Source of the DNA: Catajapyx aquilonaris
Lineage: Eukaryota
Direction of reading: 5' to 3'
DNA length: 36,658 nucleotides
Assembly (NCBI GenBank): GCA_000934665.2
Contig: KZ538052.1
Coordinates: 124,001 to 160,658 of the forward strand
Shown: piece after piece, positions 1 through 13,022 of the stretch
Layout of the letters: each line of letters opens with the position of its first letter
Position numbering within the stretch: the first letter of the stretch is position 1
Made by a program: the position numbers and the translations under genes
The notes under the pieces: generated by a model
Told to the model about the DNA's origin: nothing
Database searches by the model: none
What the model saw: the letters and a program-made list of their open reading frames with translations, nothing else

Positions 1-1229
1 CCGGGAACTTCCTGTCCTTAATGGTCTGATTACATAGCCAGAGAAATTCTATAACACATTTCACGAGTGGTTTCTTTCTATTAAACTCTTCGCCACGAGA
101 AGCCGTTGTTGTGGTTAAAACTCGCCGAAACTATTGTTGCAAAAAATAAAACTATATAACTTCTCCCAATGTTTAAAAAACTCTATGGTGTAGTAATATA
201 AATTAAATAAATAAATTGCATATGCAAATTCTTATGGTTCAAACTCTAACCCAAGGTTTCACTTTTCCGTAGTCTAGGAATTATTTGGCACGAGTTCCAC
301 CCAAAATTATTCCTCAGTCCTGGAGCTCCTCATGACTACAAAGTTCTAGAATGGCTTCAAATCGCCTCCTCTTTTTGTGCAAATACGGCAACCAAAGACT
401 CAGAGGCACGAGCTCCAGATAGTATACAGACTGCCAAGTGTCTTTGATCATTGCCTCACACGCTCTTTTCCACAAAACCGCGCCTGAAATTCTATGGCTT
501 CTGAAGAAGCCAGACATGTTCAAAGAAAGAGGTCAAAGAACTCCTAGAAGAACCAGCATACACTGTTAACAATTCATCAGTGTTATTACGCATACTATGA
601 CGCTAAAAAAGATTGTCGCGGGTTATCCTGGCTTGGATGCAACCCATTACACAGCTGTTCCTTTTTGGGGCCATAGTACCCAAAACCTAGAATTTCGCTT
701 GTTTATTCCTTCGAGCATTACCTGGAGTGCAGAAGTGGGCATAATATTTGTAGCTTAGGTTGCTATAAATAATTCATTGCCTGCTCACCGCTGCCACTTT
801 GGCGTCGAAGGAGGACAGGCCTTGGAAATAGGGGAGTAGGACCAAAATGCTAGAATGTCAACCCCAGGTCTTTTTCGCCTCCTGTTTCCCATCCCAAGGC
901 AGAAATTCAATATGGAAATGCCTTCTCGCCAGTAGTTTAGTTCATAATAGCTGAGAGCTTCCTCTAGGCTGCATGCTAAAGGACCTTTGGTTTCGGGATT
1001 ACCCTACCAGGAGGCTTGATTACTGTACAGTCAACACGCATCTCACAGTTTATAGAAATTGTTCTGGAAAGTTGAGATGAAAAGCAGACACATTAAGATT
1101 GCGAACTATATTCGTGTCACGTACTGTCAACCCTACAGGAAATTCACCAATTTTTCATTTGTGAGGACTAGATGGAGTTGGTTGTGCAAGTTGGTAAATT
1201 CGTCAATAGATGGCATGGTAGCGGGCCTG

Positions 1230-1700
1230 GGTAGATGACACCATTTTTTCGTATCCAGTCGTGTGACGGCCTCATATGCAACCAACACCCTTCATGCCTA
1301 CAAATGCCAAAATCCACCGACACATCGCAACAACGTCATTTGAAATCCTCCCCTTTGCGGAACACCCCGATTCATTAGCGTCCGGACAACCTCGCCCGGA
1401 AACTGAAGCCTGAAAAATGACCATCCGCATACACCGGGTGTCATGTTTTTTTGGGGTGTGGGGAAGCTTGATTTTGAAGTGAAAATCGGTTTGACCACCG
1501 AGAGAAATAACTGGAAAGTCCACAAGAAAATCACTTTCAGTGGAGCCCAATTGGCGCCATCGAAAAACTTCTTTTTCCTTTAGACCAATGGAGTTGCTGT
1601 CACTGGATGGCTTAGATTGCGTAATAGGGGCATTTGTTTCCCGCTGCGTCAACTTAGTCCTTTACAATGCCTTCAGCTTCCCATCTTTATGGTCCAAACC
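1230..1700 (-). mobile_element. Possible decayed Ty3/gypsy-type integrase fragment
   Basis: Across frameshifts: WRQLGST..FLVDF/SYFSRW..SLQNQAS...FFRLQFPGEVVRT, resembling the rve core PWxxLGxD..VDYFSRW..F.R.G.P..VRTDNG. Confidence 0.35.
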
Positions 1701-4700
1701 CCTTCAAGTAACGCGACCCATTATTACAGCATTACTTGCAAGTGCCACTAAAAGTGCGTCCTGTATCTTTACTGCGAATGACCTTTTTTTAAAAAGATGG
1801 TCGTAATATGCTAATGGAAGTTCTGCTATATGTAGAATGTCGTTGAACATTGCAGATATTACTAGGGCAATGTACCATATATGGCGCTTGTTTCGACATC
1901 GACTATATATAAAGCGATTATGTGAATGTATGATACAATGCTATTTAGCCTGCAGGTTGCGCAGCTTTTGGTGTACATAAAACAACTGCAGTGGCCATGA
2001 CCTCAGCTTGGAATTTTTTTAGCATCGCTTTTTTGTTCATATCCAGAACCTCTTCTCTGAAAAGCTCGTTAGTCCAGAATCTCATTTACGCATTACTCAC
2101 AACTATGCAGAATAATTCATGTAACAATCACACGCAACAAAGAGATACTTGAAGGTTTCATTTCCAACAATCCCTATAGTTAACTAGGTGAATAAGCTTG
2201 TCTAATTAGCTGATGTGAAGCTTGACGAATCTTTCCTCGGTTCCGGTTCTGAGAGATTGCGCGCCGAAACGCGAATGACTAACGATTCCAATTCAAAGGC
2301 GAAGTCAGCGCCGTCTAACGAACGATCGCAGGAAACGCCTTTAATTTTTCATATCTTAATTTTCATTTCCTACATTTGTACAGGATTTATCAGCCTCCTG
2401 GAGGACCAGTTGGGAGATCAATAACATGGAGGAATTAATCATCGGGTATAAAGACTCGAACGACATGATTATTTCATTTGGATTATGGACCATGGATTGA
2501 TCACAGTTGGCGAAAAGTGGGATTTAATTACTCTTAATCCTCTGACAAGATTAATCCCAGCCTTTTGTCTTAATATTGCTGCTGAAAATGGCCACTACAG
2601 TACATTGTCCCTAAGCGCAAATTTAAGGCGAGCGGTCCTAACTTTAAAACCCAACTAGGCCATTGTCATGGTAATTTTAGCATCACTCCCTCTTAATTGT
2701 TTACCTCTTGAAGATGGGTCTGCCGAAAAGTGATGTGATCCTTAGGTACAGAGGGTGCAAGTTATGTCGAACAATAATGCCTTAAACGGTGTGCCGAATT
2801 ATGGCGTCTCCACGATAACTTAGATTTACGACACTCTAGGGTGTCATCCATTATGATTGCGCTGAGGGGGGAAAAAATTTGTGTTCTTTATTCGCGAGTA
2901 CTGACAAAACTGCGAATTTTTTAGCCCAGCTTAATTTACGAAATTGACGTTATCTCTGAGTCGTACTTCAGGAAGTGCACAATTTGGGAGCGCTGGATTA
3001 GCGTATTCAGCTTTTTGGGGTAATAATTTTAAACGGAATGGAAATCGGCAGCGACATTAACATTTGTCAGCAATTAGCTTAGTTAATTCTGATAGTCGAT
3101 TTGGCAAAACACAATTGGGTTGTAGCGCCGTCAATTGTTACCGCGACGCTTCCTATTGGCCTGCGTTCTACGCATGCGCAGTGGATGTAGGCAGCGCCTC
3201 TGGTGGGTGGGAGGATGAACTGATTTTAACAGGTGTCTAGCCATAGCAAGGGTGCAAAATCTGGTCCAAATGTCACCAAAAAACCATGTTTATCATACGT
3301 ACGTGAACTCTTCCCCAACACTCCAAAAAGTTATTTGATTTCCGCCTTAATTTGAAAATCAGATTCTGGCAATGCAGCAGGTTGGTCTGAATCGTGAGGT
3401 TTAAGGTATGAAATTCAAAGCGAGAATCGATTTCGTCGCAACAAGGCTTAGTCCTTATACGGCCTCCTACAGTACATTTCCTCTTCTTAAGAAAAACCAG
3501 GCACAAACCCACAACCACTTTGAGGTTTCACTGTTTCAGCTCTCTGAATATCACGAGTTTCTTGGAGATAAATATGTCAACAGGTGGTTATGCCTTCTAG
3601 AAATAGGAAGTAATGGTATTTAATTACTCAACTAAAGCTCATCAGCATAGGTATTCAAACTGTGACGTCATATATGAATCTGTCTAATTGCTATTTGGCT
3701 ATTAGGTGAATAATTGAACAGCATTAGCTACAGTTCTCCTTCCCACAGTAACCTGACAGCTGAAGCAGAATCTTATTTGCACTAATAACTCAATTTGCCA
3801 AAAATTAAATTACTCACACTGACATTTTCTAACACCGCAAAATAATGCTCCTGTAAAAGCTTATTTTTCACAGAGAAAAAATAACTTTCAGAGGCACAGC
3901 TGCTATTGACCCACCGTCGTGCACAAACATGAACCCGTGCTAAACAAGCAACATATAGGACCTATTGGACGTCCACCACAAATTCCAAGCCAAAAAAAAT
4001 TTCCACTCTATCACATTTCTGTTCCTTTTAGCCTTGAGTCTCGCTCGATAGTCACGCTCGAATTTGCGGGGATGCATCAAATTGACGACATTTCTAGGAA
4101 GGGTGACGAAAACAAACAAAAATGAGTGGGCTAAGAGAAAAGCCCTGAAAAACCACAGCTTCTGTACCAATCAATCGTACGAATCTTCTGGGAAAAGCGC
4201 TGCACATGTGTGCCTCAAAGATGCAAAACTTTCTAGTAGAAGATCGGTGACAGATGTGAAAATCAGGGGTTATTTTCGCATCTGTCACCGATCTAGCAAG
4301 TTCTTCCGGAACAGCAGCATGTCATTACTATTTCATGAACCCCACACTATACTGAAGTAAAAATTGCATTTTTGGAGCAACATCATCATTCATGTCACTA
4401 TGCGGTTCCGCGGTGCTAGTCTTTACCAGAAAGCTCATCGATCAATCAGATGTGACAAAATTGATATCCGGAGGCCAAAGGCGAACTTCCACTTCCATAG
4501 GGAGTTACCGTGTCATGAGCATGATGAAAAGGTGCCCAGTTGTACATCGCGTCACGTCCGGGTTAACACGGTTCGATTACCACATCATATCCTCCATGTG
4601 TGAGACCTATCAAAAGATGGTGCGTCTTGGAAGGAACTGCATAAATCCTTTTGAAGATTTATTACCAAATGCTTCTTTAGAAATATATTGAAAGCACCTT

Positions 4701-4979
4701 CTCGTTATCGTGCATATTCAGAGATTCTATCAATAGCTTATATCCTATTGCGTGTTCTCTATGGGGCTGCACTTTTCTATCAAAAAATCTAGTAAAATAC
4801 AACTTTCAACCCTGGATTTCCGCAAATTTTTCGACATTTCCCAGTAGAATCCCATAATTTTATTTGTGATCCCCTATGGATGGCAAGGGTACTGTTACCA
4901 CACCATGTGCTCTCTTCCCACACTACCCTCCTGACGATCAAACATTCTCCAAAAATCCCTTTCCTGGGCACCAACCCGC

Positions 4980-5120
4980 ATCTTCCTTCCCTGGAGAAAT
5001 CGTCACCCGGACAAGACCGTATCAGGATCCGAATGGCTGGAGTCCTATCTGAGAATAGAACTGTGAAGAGCTTTGGAGTGGCTTCCCCATTCCTCACATC
5101 ATCAAGGGTATAGGACCCCA
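4980..5120 (+). mobile_element. Decayed LINE RT fragment (internally deleted)
   Basis: LPSLEKSSPGQDRIRIRM (cf. KSSPGPDGI) is followed across a frameshift by EWLESYL-NRTVK (cf. WIxSYLxxRxQxV). Confidence 0.4.
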
Positions 5121-5494
5121 CGAATCGATGGACGATACTGGAGGGGGGGCAACACTATAGCCAGGGTACCCTCCCTTTTCACTAATCGAAGTCGCCAATC
5201 GCCTCCGCAACTAATGGGTTCCGCCATTCTTCTGGTTTCGGATCCAATTCCAGGTCAACTAGGTCCTTCCTCACTTAATTCTTATTTGGGTCATGGACTG
5301 ACAGGGACGAGTAGCCCCTGATTTGCTCCAATCAAGTGGTGGTTAATTAGAGACATTGCAACACCCTTAGTCATTTGCCTGTTCTATAGAAGTTAACGAA
5401 GATGCTCAAACTTATTTGGGATCTAAGAGAGTTGATGAAACATTGTGGACAAGCACAAATACAGATAGTACAAGAGAAAGATTTGAGTTGTCCG

Positions 5495-5508
5495 CCACTA
5501 GATGGCGC
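5495..5508 (+). promoter_or_regulatory. CTCF consensus motif
   Basis: CCACTAGATGGCGC is a close match to the CTCF core consensus. Confidence 0.5.
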
Positions 5509-6849
5509 GGGCGTGTCTTGTGGTGGACCCACGGGGAGAGCCCACGCCACGGGGAGAGCCCACGGGGAGGCTTTCTTGTAGTCAGTCGTGAGACGGCCTC
5601 GGCTAAACTGTGTATTACTGAATCACATACACAATTGGTGGATTTCGCCTGTATGTCCACAATATTCGTTTTAAAGGTGACTGTCTGACTGGTGAGATGT
5701 CTGAAGAAGTGATGTCGACGTTTGCTGAACCGAAACAACGTATAGGAGCAGAGTTTAAAACTTAGGCTGGCAGGGGTCCAGATTTTGACATTGGGCTATC
5801 TGAAGTTGAAGCAGAAGTAGGAGGAGACTTGAGAATAGACTGGGGTATTCAATGGCAATAAAATGCATCCAAAATTACAGGCCAACAACCTCGTCTCGTA
5901 TTATTATTATTTGGGTCCGATGTCTCTTAAATTGCATGGAGATTCAAATTGCTTGGTTCGTTGAATATTTCATGCAAATTTTTAGCAAATAAGAGCTCAG
6001 TGCACTGCAAAATACAATGTGAACACAAACTGCTGCTAATTTTAAGCGTTTGCTATTCTCAACCACTATTAATGGTGCAGTGTTGTCCTGTGTGTAACAA
6101 CCAAACAAGGATCCTATATAAGTAACTATACAGGCTATGTTATTCATTAGTATACAGTAACAACATTTAATTAACTTCAGTTTGTTTTTGATCAAAAACA
6201 AACAAAAAACCTATTCATGATGAAGCCAACGTAGGCTATAAATTTTCAACCTTATAACAAAATAATGCAAACAGATTTTATTTCTGAACTTACATGTAGG
6301 CCATCCTATACCCACCAGTTCTAGGTAAAACTTTCTCTACATTTTCGTCCAACTGAATTAATGGTCCAACCAAACTGATAGTACACTCTATCCCCTTAGA
6401 CCATGTGGCCTTTCTAGCATTCATCAACTTCCCAGTAGCTTCAACTTTTAGCAACAAAAAAATGTGAAGAACTGCAATGTCAGATACAAATTTACCCGTC
6501 AGTTAAAAGGAACATCAACTTTCCTCGTTTCCTGACGTAATAATGCCACGCTCTGCAGTATGAGTTTCTAGGGGGCATATGGTGTTATTTTATTAATTAT
6601 TTCACTGCAAAGTCGACAGCATGCACCGCATCTGCAAAATATACTTTAGGTGCAAGGGATGGAAATGAGTTGCGGGGTCTCGAGGCTAGTTGGTATTAAT
6701 TTTAGAAATTAACAAAGTTAATAAAGCATGTGTAATCATCGCGAAAAGTCAACATCCAGTCTGTTGTACAGAGTTTGTAAAACTCGTTGTTTAACACGCA
6801 CATTAAAATTGTAATTATTGTCACATTGAAGGTTTGCAGCATGCATAGA

Positions 6850-7330
6850 TGAAAAATGACCCAAGTGTGACCCTCTGATTAATTATTTTTCTCAACCTTT
6901 TTCCACTGGAATATACGACCTTTTTGTTCAAGTCCCATCTTCCCCCAATACCCATAAAGTGAAATGAGTATCCGGACATGTTCCTAAAAGACTATTGCAC
7001 CATTCGCATCAGCAATAAACAGCCTGCATTAAGTTACATTCTGACTCCCAACGACTCTAGTAATTGACAACGGATTCGTCCAAAACCTGACTCCATATTG
7101 CCTTTGACATGTCTCTCCGCGTTAATAATCCTCCAAAATGACCCGCCAGTTTCAGTGTTCGGCAATTGATGGGCCATTTTAAAATGCCTCTCCTCTTTTT
7201 CCTACCATTGATTTAAGGCTAGCTATAGCTGTCTACCAATGCTAATATACCCCAGGCTTTAAGCCATACGTGGCTTCATTAGGATTATTAACTGCGAGTA
7301 TTAAAATGCCCGTCAGCTTCTACTGTCACC
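6850..7330 (-). mobile_element. Decayed non-LTR retrotransposon (LINE) reverse-transcriptase fragment
   Basis: Collinear degenerate RT motifs on the minus strand with stops and frameshifts: YGLKPG (7268-7251, cf. QYGFRPG), DMSKA (7113-7099, cf. DxSKAFD), WCNSLL, IPVEKG...GSHLG (6873-6859, cf. GVPQGSxLG). Confidence 0.55.
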
Positions 7331-9347
7331 ATGTCTTTTCATCAGGTTTATGGAAAGAAAGATGGTTCCTCAATGGACCCTGCCTAATTAGTATATAAAT
7401 AACTATTCATCATGTTAGCTACAGTACCCACATTTTTTTTTTTTTGCAAAAACCTTGCAGCATCCAATTGGATTGCGGCAGCAAATTTGACGTCGGAGTG
7501 ACTACTTTTTTTTGTAGGAAACAAACTTTCAAGTGCATTAGAAAAAACGGGGTCTGAGCTTGGTCCTAACGTTGGTTATAACTGTCCTGGAAGAGCGGAT
7601 TCTTGTTCTCCCTCGAATATTTGGGAAATAGATTTTTGAGCCAGGAATATGCTCCAAAGTAGGTCGACCAACTGGGGTGGGCCATCACATAAAAAATTTT
7701 CAAAGGCTATTTTCAAAGGGTATTTACATCAGCTATGCTATCGAATATTCACCGAAAAGCTTCCAAATTGAATACAAAGCTGGGTAAAATGGCCCAAGAG
7801 AATTGGATTAACCTGATGGAAAATAATGGGAGCAATTTTAGTAGTAATGAGCGTAATTTTAAAAACAACAGCATCCACCAGAGGCGCTGCCTGCGCAGGC
7901 GCGGAACAGGGGCCAATCAGAAGCCTCGGAAGGATTTTAATATTTTTATTTTATACATTTCATTTTCATTTATTTTCTATATCACTTTATTTCATTGTAT
8001 TGTATATTTTAATCACTTTTTAATGCTCCTTAGCACAGTTTGTGATTTTAATTGGCAAACATCGACATTTTCATGTCAACAATTTCTCATCCAATCACAG
8101 CAACTTGATCCTGTAATCCTCAGATGTAACAAGTCTCAGAGTATTGACAAACCTGATTTTCAGTTTTGATATTTTAACCTCCTTGCCGAACTGCGCAGAA
8201 AGCATCTGCCATTCCACTTATCGGCCGCCAAAAATCGTGTATTAGATTGGAAACTAAATTCGGTTGATTCTTTTTTCCTTCTTATATAGTCGCTACCAAA
8301 AAGAAGATGAAGAAGAAAAAAAAAAAGCAATTTTTGCTGAGGATTCCAGGCCATACTTGACTCGACGCCACTAAAAAGAAAGTTCTTTTCATCACTGCGA
8401 GCTACAGATTCTTCAAGAAAAAAAGTGCAGAAGGTCAGAAAATTGCATTACGTGCTACCTTTTCTCAACATGCTATGAAATCATATTGCTAGTTTCACAG
8501 ATACAACTATTAACCCAAATATCACTAATTTTTAAAATAACTAATAAATTCGACCTATTAATTAATAAGCAGTTGGCTTCAATGTCCCACACTATTTTCA
8601 ACCTGTTGTCAGTTCCAGCCAATCACTGTAAACCTAATTTAACCACCGCAATCATTGCAATGCCCCCAATCTATTTGCTCTAACCCAATAGAGATTCAAA
8701 CGGCGCAATCACGACCAGTAGTAATTAGTCACAGGGTCTTACAAAGAACGCCATCTATACTTTGAAATCGCCTATATTGTGCGACACTCTACCTGAGTCC
8801 AGTTCTAACCCCTTCGTGGCTCCGACCTCCAGTACGTCCAGGCCATCACATGACCGCGCACATGATCGCGCACTGACCACTACACTGTCGGACCAAAGAA
8901 CCGCGTTGTCTGTCTGGACTTGGGTATGGCCGGTGGTGGTGGTGGTTGTGTTAGTAAGCCTGAGCTGTCTGCCGTGTTGCACGTGCTTTTCTTCCTCTGC
9001 GCCGGTACAGCATCCCGGGGATGCTCTTCCTGCGCACATCTACCCACTCCCTATCATCTCACCCCCTCTTGCCTATCCCCCAGTTTGGTTCTATATTCGG
9101 ACATACTATCGAAATATAGACGACGGATATTAAGCTACAATAGGACACTTAGCTCTCGGGAGAAAAACATGTTTTTCGCCATATCGCTCAAAAAATATGG
9201 AGATGATTTTGCATTGAAAGTGATGTCTCCAACATTTTGAGCAAGTACATAGACATAGTAATCCCTACTTACACGCTCCTAGTTTTAAAACTTGCATCAA
9301 AGTGCCTATAAAAGTCGAATATGTCAAGCTTTATGGAAATTGCTTGA

Positions 9348-9395
9348 CCTCCTGAGACCCCTGGTACAGTATACTGTACTCCGGGTCTCAGGAGG
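9348..9395. mobile_element. Minimal piggyBac-like palindromic element (48 bp)
   Basis: TTGA|CCTCCTGAGACCC-ctg-GTACAGTATACTGTAC-tcc-GGGTCTCAGGAGG|TTAA: 13-bp TIRs, a palindromic core and a TTAA-like TSD (one mismatch on the left). Confidence 0.65.
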
Positions 9396-9989
9396 TTAAT
9401 GTGTTCCATCCATATCCATGAGTCGGGTCTCGGGTGTTCTACATCCTCAAAATGTTTCAAGTAACTTTTTTTGCACTTTATGAATCGGGCATTGTAATGC
9501 TAAAATTTTCTATGAGTTTCCAAATTTAATCAACGCTTTTGACTGGAAACAAAAGGTTCGGAGTAAAAAGCCCCCCGGTTAAGGACGGGTACCAAGTTAG
9601 AATCAATTCCGGTTGGATGTGCCCAGGCTTTTCTTTGTAAATCTTTCCAAGGAGGAGGCGATAGATTGGCGAAATTTTTTTGCAAAGGCAAGTAAAGCCT
9701 CGTTTTCATTTTATACGCTTCGTATGCCCTCTTTCGGGCAAGTTCTTTTCTTTTATTTAGGTACTATGGGGCTCAAATTGTTTTGGCCACTTTATCCTGC
9801 CTTCACACACACACCTCTTCACCGTGGGGCATGTGCGAATGGTCGCCACTTCGCCTCCCTCTCTACTGGATATTTGGATATCCATGGGATTTTCCAGGGA
9901 GATTCATGCTACTTGGGCTGAAAGTGAGTTAGCTAACCCGGACAAACATGGACACAAACATTTTGTTTGTCATACCAGGGAGCATATAC

Positions 9990-10294
9990 TACATAAGAGG
10001 CCAAACTTCGGTCAGCGCCATTGATTTCCGCGTCTCTGTTTGGGGCCGTTGCCAAGGCTGGCGGCCATTTTGAAGTGTGGGCAACGCCAACGAGGTATAA
10101 ATAGGGTACAGGCATTTGGCGGCCTTGGCAACTACACGGCAAGAACACGCGCGAATCAAAGATGGCGGGCCCTATTTTGGCCTGTACCCTATTTATACCT
10201 CGTTGGCGTTGCCCACACTTCAAAATGGCCGCCAGCCTCGGCAACGCCCCAAACAGAGAGACGCGGAAATCGAATGTTTGCGCCTCTCATACTA
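9990..10294. mobile_element. Foldback MITE with ~90-bp core inverted arms
   Basis: 10023-10113 and 10180-10271 are near-perfect reverse complements, with degenerate extension to ~9990 and 10294 (right end ...CTCTCATACTA). Superfamily not assignable. Confidence 0.75.
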
Positions 10295-10819
10295 TAGCAC
10301 AATTTACAAGCTAACCATTGCTTTCTAAATAACAATAAGACATCTTAGCAGATACAATACGCTGACAAGTTCCGCCGGAAATTGCCGTCTACTTCCCAAA
10401 ATAATGTCACCGGATCCGCCCAATACGGGCGCGTCATTACGGGACGCCAAAGCCTTTAATTTATTCCAGTCGCGTCAGATATGGAGGAATCAATGAGCCA
10501 TTCCTCGGTCACTGAAAGTCAATGAGGTTAGCTATCCAGCTATGGACCTTCATCTCACCCTATAAATACTATCTCTACGCTTTTAAAAAAATTACTAGAC
10601 CCCACCGCGGTGATAGTCTGCACGCCTATCATTGCGCCAACACTCTATGGATTATTCAGACTCGCCATAAAAACCGGTATAAAGCTACAATTCCGGCTCT
10701 ATCATATCTATGGCTATGGGTGCTATATCATCCACAAGTGAGCTGCGCCTCTTCGGCTCATAGTATCGCCCCATGTAACCTTTAAAAAAGTATATATCAT
10801 ACAAATAATATACTTTTAT

Positions 10820-10929
10820 ACTTAAGGAATATAACAGATATATAATTTATAGCTAATATTAGTAATATCACACAAATAATATATTACTAATATTAGCTAT
10901 AAATTATATATCAGTTATATTCCTTAAGT
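10820..10929. repeat. AT-rich 49-bp-arm inverted repeat
   Basis: 10820-10868 vs 10881-10929 are reverse complements with one mismatch and a 12-nt loop. Confidence 0.85.
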
Positions 10930-13022
10930 GCAGAAATGGTTGGATGGCTCATTTGGAGGCATAGCATGGAATGAAAAATGGAGCGTACAAAGAGTGATTG
11001 CAATGAGAGTGCTCAACGAGCCATCACGGACCGACTGCATTCTTCGGTACACACGTGATCAATGACGTGGATGCGATGCTGCATTGTGGAACTTGATTAC
11101 AGATCAATGGATGACAAACCGTTTGAATCATTACGGTCAGGGTGATAAATAACTAAGTACATTGCAGAATTGCGTGACAAGCGTGATTTGATTAAAAGTA
11201 ATTTTTGGCTCACCCTGTACAAGGTTATAGCACCTGGACTTATGGCACACTTGATAGCATAATCTCACAGGCAACATCCAGGAGGTGCACATACCTTTGC
11301 GTCATTTTCCAGGCGTGTTTAGGGGCATGTAAAAAGTGATAAGTGCTCTTAGGCAGCAAACTTGCCAGCCGCATTAGGTAATAATGGCCTAAGTTATGCT
11401 CCGTCACGAGCTGATAATGATGCCAAAATGGACCGGGAGCAATGTTATGCCAGTGAATATCAGATCAAAAGGTGTACAGGATGCCATTTCAAGCTGTCTC
11501 TATTGTTGAGAACTGGCCGGGTTGTCCCTGTAGAAAGTCTAGACTCTACAACATTATTGTTGGAACCATCACCGAATGGTGCTGTCACCGGCTGGCACTT
11601 AGGACCAACCCACTTTGCAACGGCCAACTATAATTGCAATAATAGGTGCTGACAGGCTGGCTGCCAACTAGCTGTCAAAGACTGGAGTAAACATGCTGCA
11701 CTTACATCAGATGTCCTCTGGAGCCTACCCCCTGCGGTCTGGCCCCTCCTCCGGCCAGTCAACAGAGATGGCCTCTGAAGCTCCCAATCCCATATTGTGG
11801 AATTAAAAACACAAATTTGACTACAATACCCACAAAATATTATTTCACATATCTAAATACACATGTACAATTCAAAAATAATAATCTATATAAAAAGTGA
11901 GTATACAAACGAACCAACACTTTCATCTGTGCAATAATTTCAAAAAGGAAACATTTCTCCCAATTAAACACAGTCGACCTTGCATTACAAATGCAACCAC
12001 ACACAAGGGTTAGGGATTAGGAATCTTTACTTTTGGGTCATCACAAAGTAGATTCTGAGAGCCCCTTGCTTTTGTAAAATGTGGAATGGAATTTTATTTG
12101 GTCTCGTTCCCTCCACTGCTGTTGAGGCATTACGCACTCTCTCCTGAATATAAATTCTGATATGCAAACCTATTTCTCTAATAAAAATTTCACATTATCA
12201 ATATATTGGCACTATGTACGTTTCAACCTTGTTACTTGCAACCACTTGGAAATAACACAAGGTATTGCCAAACAATTTGACTATCACACGTGATACACTC
12301 AACTTATCCCACAACCATCCTACCAACAATGAACATCAAAGCACCACATTCCGAATAACTACTCCATATCTATCTACCTCCGATCCATGGCAATTGCACG
12401 ATCTATTGCTCTGGTCAGCAATCTGCACCTACACAGAAGGCTATGCCCAAAATAAAGACATGTGACATTACAGCGCTAGGAAAATGTACTAGAGAGCTTA
12501 CTTTTGGTTCCTCGTTTGATATGTATGATTCGGATGGACATTTCGAGAATTGGCAGTCAAGCGGCCTTAGCAAAAGTTGTGATTTATCACAGCAAATATT
12601 CAAAAGCAGGAATGTCAGTAGATATGTCATGTTACGCAACTGTAAGCTCAGCTCACTCACGTCTTTGCAAGCTAATTTTGATTCAAAATATATTGTGTAC
12701 TGTATACAGATTAGAAAGGGACAGCTTCGCAGGGAATGCAAGTGAAGATATAAATAACTCTTTTGACAGATTCAGAAGAGTAACAAAAGAAATAATTCAA
12801 ACTTAACGAACACAGCATGAGCACAGCACCATTAGTGGAAAAAAAAGGCCGCCAGTATTAGCATGTTGGCCACTTGGTAATTGCCACTGGAATGCTTCGG
12901 TTTTGCAACATTTTTGGCGCTGATTGAACCTTCCCTCCTTACACCCTTTCCATGCAAGCCCTTTTGACTGGTTACAAAAATATAAACGAGTCTACTATCC
13001 AGTTACTACTCCGTCCTGAGGC

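Noticed and set aside
300..560. Possible 3' end of a LINE ORF2 (RSF..KTA..LW...MFK/KEVKELL)
   Set aside because: Requires several frameshifts and the similarity is too weak to call.
9933..10297. Two ORFs on opposite strands with near-identical peptides
   Set aside because: Artefact of the inverted repeat, not a gene pair.
11138..11219. Tc1/mariner-like mini-element CAGGGTGA...TCACCCTG-TA
   Set aside because: Only 8 bp of clean TIR and no left TA; could be a lone end or chance.
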